Assembly: GCF_044704955.1 (NCBI RefSeq)
Contig: NC_091982.1
Location: forward strand, 62,062,001-62,126,000
Source: Pristiophorus japonicus
Lineage: Eukaryota
Reading direction: 5' to 3'
DNA length: 64,000 bases
In this document: piece by piece, positions 37,117 to 49,203 of the stretch
Numbering within the stretch: the first letter of the stretch is position 1
Layout: each line of letters starts with the position of its first letter
Position numbers and translations under genes: made by a program
Notes under the pieces: generated by a model
Databases searched by the model: none
What the model was told of the DNA's origin: nothing
Seen by the model: only the letters and a program-made list of their open reading frames with translations

Positions 37117-38854
37117 GGATTCTCCCATCCAGGGGCATTTGGGTGTGCGTATGGTGGATAAGGAGTGTGATAGGTGACCCCCCCTGTGAAGATCAGTGAT
37201 CTTTTCACAGCCCAGTGAGTGGCTAGGAGGTGTCGCTCACATTGGAGTATCCCTTCCCCACATCCGTGAGTATCCTGGAGGAGTGGACCACTGGTCTCAG
37301 CCGGCCATGCCGCTTTTGGAGCAGTACTGCGCTCAGGCTGTCCCCACTGGCTCCTACCTCCAGGAAAAACTCTTTAACCGATCGATAGCCCCTAGAGTTT
37401 ACACGGTCTGCAGGTCATTCTTGAGTTGGATAAATGCTGCCTCGCAACATTTGTCCCATTCCCACTCTACTCCCTTATGTAGCAGTCGGAACAGAGGGGC
37501 TGCGGTGGCTGCATAATCCTCAATGAAATCTCTGCAGTACCCGGCTAGCCCTAGAAAGGATCTTACTCCTGTCACTGTGCTGAGGGCGGGTAACTTCTGC
37601 ACTGCTTCCCTTCTAGCTTTGTCAATGGCCCTTTCCCCAGCGCGCACAGCCAGTCCCAGGAATTTTACTTCCTTCTGGCCCATCTGTGCCTTCTTGGGGT
37701 TCACTTTAAACCCTTCTTCTTTCAGCAGCTCCAGCAGTTCAGCCAGCAGTGGGCCATGCTCCTCCCCCTCATCGGTGAATAGAAGCAGGTCGTCCACATA
37801 CTGTACTAGCTGCAGGAGTCTGCTGAAGCTCTTTAAACAATTGGCCATACATTGGTGAAAAATGCTAGGGCTCTTGTGGAAGCCCCGAGGGAGGCAGTTC
37901 CAAGTGTATTGCTGTCCTTTAAAGTTAAAAGCAAACTTGTACTGATCTTCTCTTCTTAAAGGTATGGACCAGAACACGTTGGAAATATCCAGCACCGTGA
38001 AGGTAGTCGCGGAGGCTGGGATACTTCCAACGAGGTTGGCGATGGCAACCACTGTGGGTGCACAGGCGGGGATGTTGCGGTTGAGTACTCGATAGTCCAC
38101 CGTGGCTCTCCAGGAGTTGTATGGTTTCTTAACCGGCCACAATGGAGAGTTCACATGGGTAGCTATTGGGCTCAACACTCCTTGTTTCACTAAGGAACCC
38201 AAGGCTGTTTCCATGTCTGCCTCCACCTCCCTGGGGAAGTTATACTGTTTCTGTGGTCGGGTCATGGGGTCCCCATCTATGCTAACCTCGACCCTGTTTA
38301 TCCTCCCACAGTCGTGTTTGTGAGTGGCAAAAGTTGCAAGGTTTTTCCTCACATATTCTTGGTATTCTATCGGAGTGTTACTGACCAATGATTCAAGGTC
38401 GTAACCCTCCTTTGGTTTCATAGTGCACACCGTCCCTTTTCCCTGTTTTTCTGGGATAACCACGATCTCACTTTCCTGCCCCGTACATACTGACCCCCTA
38501 AGACAGTGGTTTCTTAAATCCATTCCCGTGGCCAAGAATGAAGTCAGCCCCCAGGATCCCTCTCTCTTCCTGTTCCCACTTCATCAGGACACAAGTCCAC
38601 TTGGTGTGGAGTGTTCCGAAATGAATAGAGAGCGGAATGGAAAATGAGCTAGCCTGTTCAGTGCCTGTGAAACCCACCAAGCTGTAGGGGACCCCGCTAG
38701 ACAGAGGTGAGGTGGCGGGGTTAGCTGCATAGATGGGGGTGCTTGATGCACTGGTATCCAGCAGGTAAGTCCCTTTCACCCTTTCCACTTCTATCTGAAC
38801 GGTCGGTCTCCCCCACGCATCATACTCGAGGGAACACAGGTGGACAGGCTGCAT
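37117..38854 (-). pseudogene. pol: pol: aspartic protease, reverse transcriptase and tether/degenerate RNase H
   Basis: Protease YLLDTSAS...GILGADF. RT motifs NSPLWPVKKP..SWRATVDYRVLN, LDISNVFWSIPL, QYTWNCLPRGFHKSPSIFH, QYVDDLLL, VRSFLGLAGYCRDFI. Then FFLEVGASGDSLSAVLLQ...RPVVHSSRIL...CERHLLATHWAVK. Confidence 0.93.
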
Positions 38855-38863
38855 CTGTCCAAG

Positions 38864-40628
38864 TCACTGTTTTGGCTGGGATGGGGCAGATGGGTTTTCG
38901 GTACCGGTGGCGGTGGCTACCCTCCCAGGGCCATCTAGCATTGTTCAGAGCGCAGTCAGGAAGGTATCAAACGTGCGGAGAGGGACTGGCTTCTTGGTCT
39001 CGGTCTTTTGGGCAGGAGCTGGAGAACTCTTCCCTGCGCTACTCTGCCATGGGTTTCTACAATCCTTTCTCCAGTGCCCACTCTTTCCGCACCCGAAGCA
39101 GATACGTTTTGTATCGGAGGGGTTGCCTCCCCTCGTGGCACCATTCCCTCTTATCCTGACTAGGTCTGATTTCATGGACCCTTCCCTTGGGTGCTCTTCC
39201 GTCCCCCTGCTGTTTCGATAGGCTAGGGTCAGTTGCCTAACCACCCCCTGTTTGGTGGCCTGAGGGTTTCTCGGGTCAAACCAGGCCTCAGTCTTGGTTC
39301 TTATTCGTGGTAAACTGTTTGCCACAAGGCTTCGGAGCCAGTGGGCTCTCTCGACCCCATTTAGGTGACCTCGGTTGAGGTCCCCACCACAGGCGCCCTG
39401 GTACACAGGCCACAGTCTGTCTGTGAAAGCCTGTGGAGTTTCCCCTGTGAGCTGCACTGTTTTCTCTACTCTGGAGAAGGGACTTCCATCATTACAGCCC
39501 ATGGCTTCTAGAATATCTTCCTGCACAGCGGCACAGGTCCTCTGTCCCCTTTTGCTCTCGGCAGAGAGGGGCTGGTACAGCTTGCCGTCCAGTGAGAGGA
39601 GAAACATCTTTGCTATCTCGGCATCTTCGCACCCGTTAATATCCCCTGCCTGTTCCACTTCCATAAAGTGAACCAAGGGGTCTCCCTTTGGAGTGAGCTT
39701 TCCCAGGTGGCTTATCAAAGTCCTAAGCTGTTGGGTTGTGTGGGGAACCACAAACTGACTTTCCAGGGGCCCTGGACCCCAGTTAAGGGTGGGCGGGCCA
39801 AACTTTTGTTGCCGGACCGGGCACATTAGCCCTGTTCTGGATCGCCTACCCCTCCTTCCTGCTGCCAAGCCGAGCTGAAACTCAGCGCCACAGGTGGTGG
39901 TGGTCCACTATCCCTGTCCGCCCCGCAACTAGTTCGCCCCTCCTGTGCTGAACCAGTGTAGTCAACAGTGCCACAGGTGTTGATCGAATAGTTTCCTCCT
40001 TCTCTCCCAGGTCTACCTGGGACATACCCGGGCTTATTAGGCATACCATGCCTTTTGCCTTGGATAGAGCAAGGGTTAAACCTTTGATTTGTTGCTGGCA
40101 GGGACCGTGGTCTCCTGACTCAAACCCGTTAGTGCTAACGACTTTATATGCTGCCTGTACATCTCTCAATTTCTCCAGCTCTTTTACTTGAAGGGTGAGG
40201 TGACTGCTTTCCTCCCGCAGTATCTTCTCATTATTTTTAATCTCGGTAACCTGACACTAAAATTAGTCCTGACTGTTCTTAAACCTCTCCATTAGTTGGG
40301 TCTTTCCTTGTTTTAGCTTACGGAGTTCTCCCCATAACCTTTCTTCTGCCATAGCCCTTTCCTGGTGGGTCTCTGCGCATTCCCATAATTCTGCCTGTAG
40401 TGACTCAACGGTTTTGTCTAGGAGTTGGACTGGTCGCTGTAGACAGACCAACCAAATTGCCTTCTCTACTGATTCATTATGGTCCTTGCTCGCTGTCCAC
40501 TGCTGTAGCTTCTCCCGGTTGCTCAGCGTGCAACAGACCAAGCACCCATTTTTTAGTGACATTGACTTTCTTATACACGTAGGAGGAAATCCTTTCTTCC
40601 ATCTTGGTTCTTTCTCCAAAACCAGCAT
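38864..40628 (-). pseudogene. gag: gag with N-terminal coiled-coil region, capsid-like region and CCHC zinc knuckle (frameshifted)
   Basis: ORFs 40263..40628 and 39882..40169 are heptad-rich. ORF 38945..39868 has QLTGETPQAFTDRLW (major-homology-like) and CFGCGKSGHWRKDC. Confidence 0.88.
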
Positions 40629-40653
40629 TCATTGCATCACATCCCTTATACCA

Positions 40654-40673
40654 GAGTCCTGCCACGGTCGCCA
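40654..40673 (-). promoter_or_regulatory. Primer binding site, tRNA-Arg(UCG)-like
   Basis: TGGCGACCGTGGCAGGACTC lies 3 nt from the LTR end. It matches 19/20 of the complement of the vertebrate tRNA-Arg-TCG 3' end GAGTCCTGCCGCGGTCGCCA as I recall it. Confidence 0.8.
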
Positions 40674-40676
40674 TTT

Positions 40677-42129
40677 TGTAAGGGGTGGTCTCGGGGGTCA
40701 GGTTCACCTCTGACCTTCTTGAGCAGTTCAAATCTCTCCCACTCCCTTGGGTTCTAGACTGTGGATTTATTTGATGGATGTGATGAAATGCAAGAGACAA
40801 CTGGCTTGGTGCAAAAGGACTTTGATTTTATTAGAGACAAGAAAATACAATGTCATACCTATACTCACTTAAAATATGGAACAGTACATCACACATTCAA
40901 AGGGGTTACCGCGAATAATACACCTCCCACTCCCAACACCTAATACTAGCTAGATTAGACTCCAGGGCAAACAGGGACTATGCTTACCAATCCTTTACTG
41001 TTAGTTAGTGGTGGTTCGTGATTTCCGGGTTCGCTGTATTCTGTCGGTTCTGCTTGCCATACCGCGAACGTCGTAGAGGACTTCTCACTGCATAGTCTTC
41101 AGCTGGGTGGTGTCCGCTGATGCGGTAGGGCGTGTTTTGGATCTATGGGGTAAGTACCCGCTTTCCTTCATTAGAAACAGGCTCAAAGTCTCTTTAGGTA
41201 ATCTTTTCACCTGTTGGTAGTCATGCCTTAGATTGTAGAGTGGAAACTTTCGATTCTTCGATTTCTTCCTTGTGGAGTTTTGTTTCGAAATTGGTCGATC
41301 GCGGTGGTTTTTAATGGTACCACGTTGGCTGTGGTTGGTTGCTGTCACGATGGCGATGTTCTTCCTTCCTTTTCGATTCCAGGATGTCAAGGCTGGAGAA
41401 GTTAGTTAGAACTGCTGTGGTGGTCTCTCTTCCTTCTTGATGCTAGGTTGTTGTATGGATAGCATACCATAGCATACCATAGCACAAGCATCCCCTTTGT
41501 TAAATCAGGGGCCAGTTATACTATTTGAGTTGTCCTAATCTTCATGTCAAATCAGTCTGGAGTTCTTTGTTTAATTTTAGCGGGCTGGAAAACTTTTTGT
41601 CGTGTTTTGGCGGGCCCATTAAAAATGTTAACTTGACTTGGGTGTGTCGATCTTCTAAATTTGTTTCTTGATGGAAATTTGCAATGTTTCTCTGTGCTTA
41701 GGTTTTGCATGCTGGCTGGATTGGGCCTTTTGTTATTATGCATGGGCTGAAATGGTTTCCTGCTCAGGGTGATGGCTGGCTAACTCGAAATTGATTGTTG
41801 CTATGTTAATGTCTCTTATGGAGAAGGGTTTTTGAGCATCCACAATTCTAGACAATTTACTTTAGTTTCATTACCCCAGACAGCGTCAATACTCAAACTG
41901 GTTTCTTTGTAGGATGGTCACCCTTTAGTTTCTCGAAGCCCGCCCACAGACTAAATTTGTCATGTAAAATCCCAAATTCGATTGAAGTCCATAGTTTCTT
42001 CCATGTGTACTTTAGGATTTCAAATTTTCTGGTAGATAGTTCCAAATTAAATTTCCTTTCCAACGAGTCCAAACACTGGGGTGGGGGGGGGGTGGAGGGG
42101 GGGGTTCCTACGAATTTTTGTTCCCTTCA
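40677..42129 (-). repeat. 5' LTR
   Basis: Minus strand begins TGAAGGG and ends CCCCTTACA, adjacent to the PBS. AATAAA at 40827-40832 (minus). Confidence 0.93.
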
Positions 42130-43144
42130 GAGTGACCTGATAGAGGCCTTTAAGGTTATGAAGAGGTTGGATAGGGTAGATGTCGAGAAGATGTTAGCAT
42201 TTGTGGGGGAGAACAAAACTAGGGCCATAGACATGAAACTGTCACTAATCAATGCAATAGTGGAATTCAGGAGAAACTTCTTTATCCAGAGAGTGGTGAG
42301 AATGTGAAGCGTGCTGCCACATAGTGTAGTTGAGGCAAGTAGCACATATGCTTTTAAGGGGAAGCTGGATAAACACATGAGGGAGAAAGGAATAGAGGAT
42401 ATGGTGATGGGGTGAGATGAAGAGGGGTGGGAGGAGGCTCGTGTGGAGCATGAACACCGGCACAGAGCTGTTGGGCCAAATAGTCAGTTTGTGTGTTGTA
42501 GACACGATGTAATTCTATACATTAACTTAACAGTGCCAAAAAAATTGAGTTAAGAATGAGAATTGACTGAAAATATTAATATTTTGCTCCTTCGGTGTTT
42601 TTTTTTGCAGTGAAAGATTGCTTTTTAAAAAAAGAAGGCAGTCTCATGAGGTTGCATTAAAAGAAAGAAGGTCATAATTTATTGACTTTGCCTCGCTGTG
42701 CTGTGGCACACGTTTGCATGATTGAAGCTGAGCAGTGAATCCAGGGAACTGGAGGAGATCAAAGGCAGGGTCAAGGGTTGGGCTTTGGATGTTGACCATG
42801 TCCTGAAAGATGCATGAACATGTGGGCAGTTAGATGAAGGAGGAGCTCTGCTGTGTGAATTCCATGATTATAGATCTCGGATTCATTCGGACTGGAGAGA
42901 TGAAAAGCTGCAATAAAATGTAAATTATTTTCTTTCTTGTAACAAGGATCTTGTATATTAATATAGACTGGGTGAAAAGTTTCTGAATAATCTCTTTGCC
43001 ATTATAGCTACTCGGTAATTTCAAAACTAAGATTGTTCTCTTTAGAGCAGAGAGTGTTGCGTGGAGACTTAATAGAGGTGTTCAAAATAATGAAGGGCAT
43101 TGATAGAGTAAAGAAGGAGGAACTGTTTCCTCTGACTGGAGGCC

Positions 43145-43435
43145 TATCTACTCTCTCAGCTGGAGGAAAAGGTCCCACGGCACTACTTTCTGAAGAGCAG
43201 GGGAGTTATCACCGTTGTCCTGGGGCCAATATTTATCCGTCAATTAACATCGCTAAAACAGATTTCCTGGTCATTATCACATTGCTGTTTGTGGGAGCTT
43301 GCTGTGCACAAATTGGCTGCCCCATTTCTTACATTACAACAGTGTCTAAACTCCAAAAGTACTTAATTGGCTGTAAAGCGCTTTGGGACATCCGCTGGTC
43401 GAGAAAGGCGCCATAGAAATGCAGGTCTTTCGTTC
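43145..43435 (+). mobile_element. Deu-domain SINE 3' part, adjoining a short CR1 fragment at 43030-43140
   Basis: Deu motif and tail GGCGCCATAGAAATGCAGGTCTTTC. Confidence 0.75.
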
Positions 43436-43994
43436 TTTTATCATTCCTTGGTGAATCTTTGTTGCACCTTTGCCAATCCCTCTGTTTTACTCTTATAATA
43501 TTCTGCAGTCACAGTCATCTCCCATGTCAAAGGGTTCATCTCCCATGTCACATGTAGAAGAGTTCAACCCTTTATCTAATTCAAGCCGGAGCAGCTAATG
43601 GCAGAGGGGGGGAGAGTTGGCGGGGGTGGGGAGGCGGCGGGGGGAGGGGGGAATAGGATCATTTCACATTGTTGCATTTCCATTGTTCCTTGCAGCAATC
43701 AGTTCCATCCACACGCGTCTCTGAGCACCTTTACTGAAGTGCTCACCGAAACAGGGGAAGTAAATCACTTAGTGAGTGTCTCGGTGGCACGCTGCACTCA
43801 CATTGCCATCAAAACATATGGTCCATGTTCTTTGGCTGACAATGTGAGTCCTTCATGATACGCTTCCATTATCACTCGGCAGAGAAGTTGGAAAGGGATA
43901 AATCTAGCTGATGGGTCCTGGCAACTAAAATCCCTCCCACTGTCAGAAGGAGATGAACTTAGTAAGGCATTATGCAGAGAACAGGACTATATAC

Positions 43995-44970
43995 AGAAAC
44001 ATAGAAACATAGAAAATAGGTGCAGGAGTAGGCCATTCGGCCCTTCGAGCCTGCACCACAATTCAATAAAATCATGGCTGATCATTCCCTCAGTACCCCT
44101 TTCCTGCTTTCTCTCCATACCTCTTGATCCCCTTAGCCGTAAGGGCCATATCTAACTTCGTCTTGAATATATCAAATGAATTGGCATCAACAACTCTCTG
44201 CGGCAGGGAATTCCACAGGTTAACAACTCTCTGAGTTAAGAAGTTTCTCCTCATTTCAGTCCTAAATGGCCTATGTCACTTGGTTCTGGACTTCCCCAAC
44301 ATCGGGAATGTTCTACTCGCATCTAACCTGTCCCGTCCCGTCAGAATCTTCTATGTTTCTATGAGATCCCCTCTCATCCTTCTAAACTCCAATGTATAAA
44401 GGCCCAGTTGATCCAGTCTCTCCTCATATGTCAGTCCAGCCATCCCGGGAATCAGTCTGGTGAACCTTCGCTCACTCCCTCAATAGCAAGAACGTCCTTC
44501 CTCAGATTAGGAGACCAAAACTGAACACAATATTCCAAGTAAGGCCTCACCAAGGCCCTGTACAACTGCAGTAAGACCTCCCTGCTCCTTTACTCAAATC
44601 CTCTAGCTATGAAGGCCAACATGCCATTTGCCTTCTTCACCACCTGCTGTACCTGTATGCCAACTTTCAATGGCTGATGAACCATGACTCCCAGGTCTCG
44701 TTGTACCTCCCCTTTTCCTAATCTGCCACCATTCAGATAATATTCTGTGTTTGCGTTTTTGCCCCGAAAGTGGATAACCTCACATTTATCCACATTATAC
44801 TGCATCTGCCATGCATTTGCCCATTCACCCAACCTGTCCAAGTTACCCTGCAGCCTCTTAGCATTCCCCTCACAGTTCGCACCGCCACCCAGTTTAGTGT
44901 CAGCTGCAAACTTGGAGATATTACACTCAATTCCTTTACCCAAATCATTGATGTATAGATGTATATTGTA
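43995..44970 (-). mobile_element. CR1 LINE 3' fragment
   Basis: ISKFAADTKLGG...WQMQYNVDKCEVIHF...RDLGV, and tail (GAAACATA)n. Confidence 0.92.
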
Positions 44971-45594
44971 AAAATTATGCTGGTGGGTTCACTACAATAA
45001 AAATACCTCAGCAAAGCTGAGAAGAAGCTGAATTATGCTACTATATACCTCATCGACCTGGCATAATGACAACTTATAGACGCTTATAACATCTTCAACT
45101 ACTAACTGTTTCTTTGGCTCGGCTACAGGCTACATTCCACCTTGCTCTACATTTCTGTACCTCGCACAGCTGTGGGATTTCATCCTGCCGCTATTCGTGT
45201 AGCCTCAGTCAAGCTTTGTACTTTTTCTTTTCTCCGCAATTGATTCATCACTGAGAAATCTGGAAGTGTAGAAGTTAAAGAATATTATTTTCCCAATATC
45301 TGACCCAATAAATCAAAAAAGATGTTGGGACGTCTGAAGGGAGACAGCGATCCACCAGCCAATTCCACTGGCTTCCTATGTGCTTATTTTTTTCAAGATA
45401 ATAAATGTCAGTATGTCTTACCATCCTCGGGAGTTCAAAGCACATTTTCATACATTAATCCTACCTTTACTTACCAAGAACAGAGATTAGTATTCATAAC
45501 ATCACACTGATGTGTGTTTAGCTCTTTCAAAACTTGCCAAAGTCTGGCCATGCAGGGCATAGAGTTCTAAAGGAACCTTATTCTGCTTGAACTT

Positions 45595-46075
45595 TAAACA
45601 TAAGAACATAAGAATTAGGAGCAGGAGTAGCTCGTCCGGCCCCTTGAGCCTGCTCCACCATTCAATAAGATCATGGCTGAGATTCGACCTCAACTCCACT
45701 TTCCCGCCCGATCTCCATAATCCCCTGATTCCCTTAGAGTCAAAAAATCTATCCTTCTTAGCCTTGAATATACTCAAAGACTCAGCATTCATAGCCCTCT
45801 GGAGAAGAGAATTCCAAAGATTCTCTGGTGGAGAAATTTCTCCTCATCTCAGTCCTAAATGGCCGACCCCTTATCCTGAGACTGTGACCCCTGGTTCTGG
45901 ACTCTCCAGCCAGGGGAAATATCCTCCCTGCATCTACCCTGTCAATCTCCCTCAGAATCTTATATGTTTCAATGAGATCACCTCTCATTCTTCTAAACTC
46001 CAGAGAGTATAAGCACAATCTACTCAGTCTTTCCTCGTAGGACAGCCCTCTCGTCCCAGGAATTAATTCGCCCAA
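45595..46075 (-). mobile_element. CR1 LINE 3' fragment
   Basis: YEERLSRL.LYSLEFRRMRGDLIETYKI and a CR1 3' UTR/tail. Confidence 0.9.
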
Positions 46076-46859
46076 TTACATTTCCAGTCACATCATCACC
46101 TATGCAGTCATAAATTCATGTGTTTGATCTCTCACACTGTCACTGTATGCAAGTCAAAGTACTAAGTCAGTCGGTCCATCTCTCCCTCTATCATACACAC
46201 ATGCACACACGCTCGCTGATACTGTCTTTATCAAGCCCTGATCCAATAATGCAGTTTTCCAATTAGTCCCTTGTCTACACCCACCAGTCTGCCATCTTAT
46301 CATGGCACTACTTGGTCACCCATTGTCATGTCGAGTGTTTATCGGAAAGACTCAGTTACCGAGTCAGTCATTCACGTCCAGCTCCCACCTCCACCCAATA
46401 ACTTCCCCTCACAACATCACTGATCTAATATTTTGAGGTGTTTGTAATGATAAAAGGATTCAGCAGAGTAGATACGGAGAAGCTATATCTTCTGCTGCAG
46501 CAATCCAGACCATTCTTAAAATTAGAGCCAGCCTGTTCATGAGTGAAATCAAGAAGAGCTTTTTCACATAAAGGGTGATGGAACTCTTGCAATTCTAAAG
46601 CTTAACAGGCTGTGGTGGCTTGGGGGTCAATTGAAATATACAAAATTGAGTTCAATATATTTTTTATTAGGTGCAGGTATCACTGGATATGGATCAAAGG
46701 CGGGTAAATGGAGTTAAGATACAGATTGGCCATGAAAAAATTGAATAGCAGAACAGGCTCGAGGGATTGATTGGCCTTCTCCTGGCCCCAAGTTCATCCA
46801 TCCGATTATACACTCATTTTCTCCAACAAGAGAGAGTCTAACCACCGCATTAATCAATG

Positions 46860-47550
46860 GCATTATCATCACCGAATCCCCCAACATCAACATCCTGAGG
46901 TAATCACCATTGACCAGAGACTTAACGTGTCCAGTCACATAAATGTTGTGGCAATAAGACCAGGTCAGAGGCTGGGTATTCTGCAGCGAGTGTCTCACCT
47001 CCTGACTCCCCAAAGTCTTTCCACCATCTACAAGGCACAAGTCAGGAGTGTGATGGAATACTCCCCACTTGCCTGGATGAGTGCAGCTCCAACAACATTC
47101 AAGAAGTTTGACACCATCCAGGACAAACCAGGCCACTTGATTGGCACCCCATCCACCACCTTCAACATTCACTCCCTCCACCACCGGCACACCGTGGCTG
47201 CAGTGTGTACCATCTACAAGATGCACTGCAGCAACTCGCCAAGGCTTCTTCGACAGCACCTCCCAAACCTGCAAACTCAACCACCTAGAAGGATAACAGC
47301 AGCAGGCGCATGGGAACACCATCACCTCCACATTCCCCTCCAAGTCACACACCATCCTGACTTGGAAATATATCGGCCATTCCTTCATAGTCGCTGGGTC
47401 AGAATCCTGGTACTACTCCCCTAGGAGCACTGTGGGAGCACCTTCACCACACGGACTGCAGCAGTTAAGAAAGTGGCTCACCACCATCTTCTCAAGGGAT
47501 AATTAGGGATGAACATTGTCAGTGACGTCCACATACCAAGAACAAATTTT
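46860..47550 (+). mobile_element. CR1/L2-group LINE 3' fragment (different family)
   Basis: QRLGILQRV.HLLTPQSLSTIYKAQVRSVMEYSPLAW is a LINE RT C-terminal region. Related pieces occur at ~12840-12945 and ~48630-48900. Confidence 0.8.
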
Positions 47551-48929
47551 TAAAAATTGTTCATTCAGTTTGCCGTCAAATCACGTATCTTTACACATGT
47601 TTTTCATCCAGCCATGCAGACTGTTCTTTACCTTCAATCACCTATTGTGTCTGCTACCCAGTCAGCCATTCACCCTTTCCTTGACCCAGTCACACTGTCA
47701 TGCATCTTACTCCCACTAAATCATGCAGTTACTCTCCTATGCAGCCATCCATCTTGCCACCTTGTCATATAATCATTCACTTCGACCGTTACTGAGGAAG
47801 CCCTTGATATTTGTGTGATGACAACGTGAGGTTTATTGCTAGTAAAACTGCAACTGTTGAATAAATTACAACCATTAAACCATCTAATAAGCTCTTCCAT
47901 TAATTGGTGTCAAAACTAACTATTCAACCTTGCATTTTGTGTTTTAATTCTACAGACAGGTATTGACGAACATGCTACTTTAAACTTGCATTATGTATAA
48001 CCAAGAAAATCGTGTGAAGAGAACCACTTATTTTTTGATGACTCTACAATTTCCTGCAGCTTTAGTCAGACCCACCCTGGGAACTTCGGCTAAAACAGGA
48101 GATCCGCACTTTCCAATTAGCAATCCCTCATCTCTTTTATGCGGGTGTGTATGGAGTAGATGGCATATGAATTGGGACTTCGGTACGACTTGCGCTATTG
48201 CAAATATAAGAAGAAAGAACTTGCCTTTCTATAGCGCCTTTCATAGCCTCAGGACATCCCAAAGCGCTTTACAGCCAATGAAGTACTTTTTGATGTGTAG
48301 TCACTGTTGTAATGTAGGAACCGCGGCCAGCAATTTGCACACAGCAAGCTCCCTCACAGTGCATTGTGATAAGGACCAGATAATCTTTTTTAGTGATGTT
48401 ACTGGAGGGATAAATATAGTCCCAGGACACCAGGTAGAACTCCCCTGCTCTTGTTCAAATACTGCCATGGGATATTTTACATTCTGTACTAGCTTGTCTT
48501 TAAGGTCACAAGTAATTTCCGTATATTGTGCAAATTCTACGAGAATAAGAGTTACTGTTACAATGGGCCTGCACTTCAAAGAGGGGAGACTGAATATCTG
48601 GATGTTCTTTTACTCAATAAAGAAGCATTTCTGCTTAAACATCCGCTCCCTCCATCATCGGCTGCACTATCTACAGAATGCAGTGCATCAACTGGCAAAG
48701 GCTCCTTCGATAGCATCTCACAAACCCGCAACCTCCATCTTTTGAAAGGATAAGGGCAGAAGGTGCATGGGAACACCATCAGCTCCAAATTCCCTTTCAA
48801 GTTACATATCATGCTGACTTGGATATATATCGCCATTCCTTCATCTTCACTTGGTCAAAATCTTCGATCACCCTCCCTAACAGCATTGTGGGACAACCTT
48901 CAACAGGAACAACAGCACCTCCCAACATT

Positions 48930-49203
48930 GTCATCATCATCAAAGGCAGTCCCTCGAAATCAAGGAAGACTTGCTTCCACTCTAAAAGTGAGTTCTTAGG
49001 TGACTGAACAGTCCAATACGGGAATTACAGTCTCTGTCACAGGTTGGACAGACAGTGGTTGAAGGAAAGGGTGGGTGGGGAGTCTGGTTTGCCGCACACT
49101 CCTTCAGCTGTCTGCACTTATTTCTGCATGCTCTCGGTGATGAGACTCGAGGTGCTCAGCGCCCTTCCGGATGCACTTCCTCCACTTAGAGCGGTCTTTG
49201 GCC
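48930..49203 (-). mobile_element. RTE LINE 3' end
   Basis: Highly similar to 23797-24075, with a (CAT)n tail. Confidence 0.88.

Larger units (their letters stand above)
31659..42129 (-). mobile_element. Endogenous retrovirus, lokiretrovirus-like (LTR-gag-pro-RT-tether-[deletion]-IN C-term-env-LTR), inserted in a CR1 3' remnant
   Basis: Two ~1.45-kb direct LTRs with TG...CA ends, PBS, PPT and gag/pol/env remnants. The CR1 frame (..GLFSLEK..|..DLIEAFKVMK) is continuous across the insertion, with GAGTG (or GAG) duplicated. Confidence 0.93.

Noticed and set aside
43696-43843. Plus-strand exon-like segment (TTGCAG...GTGAGT, open frame)
   Set aside because: Single isolated candidate with no recognisable protein similarity or partner exons.
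47993-48745. 250-aa ORF
   Set aside because: Runs through antisense SINE and LINE fragments; a chance open frame.
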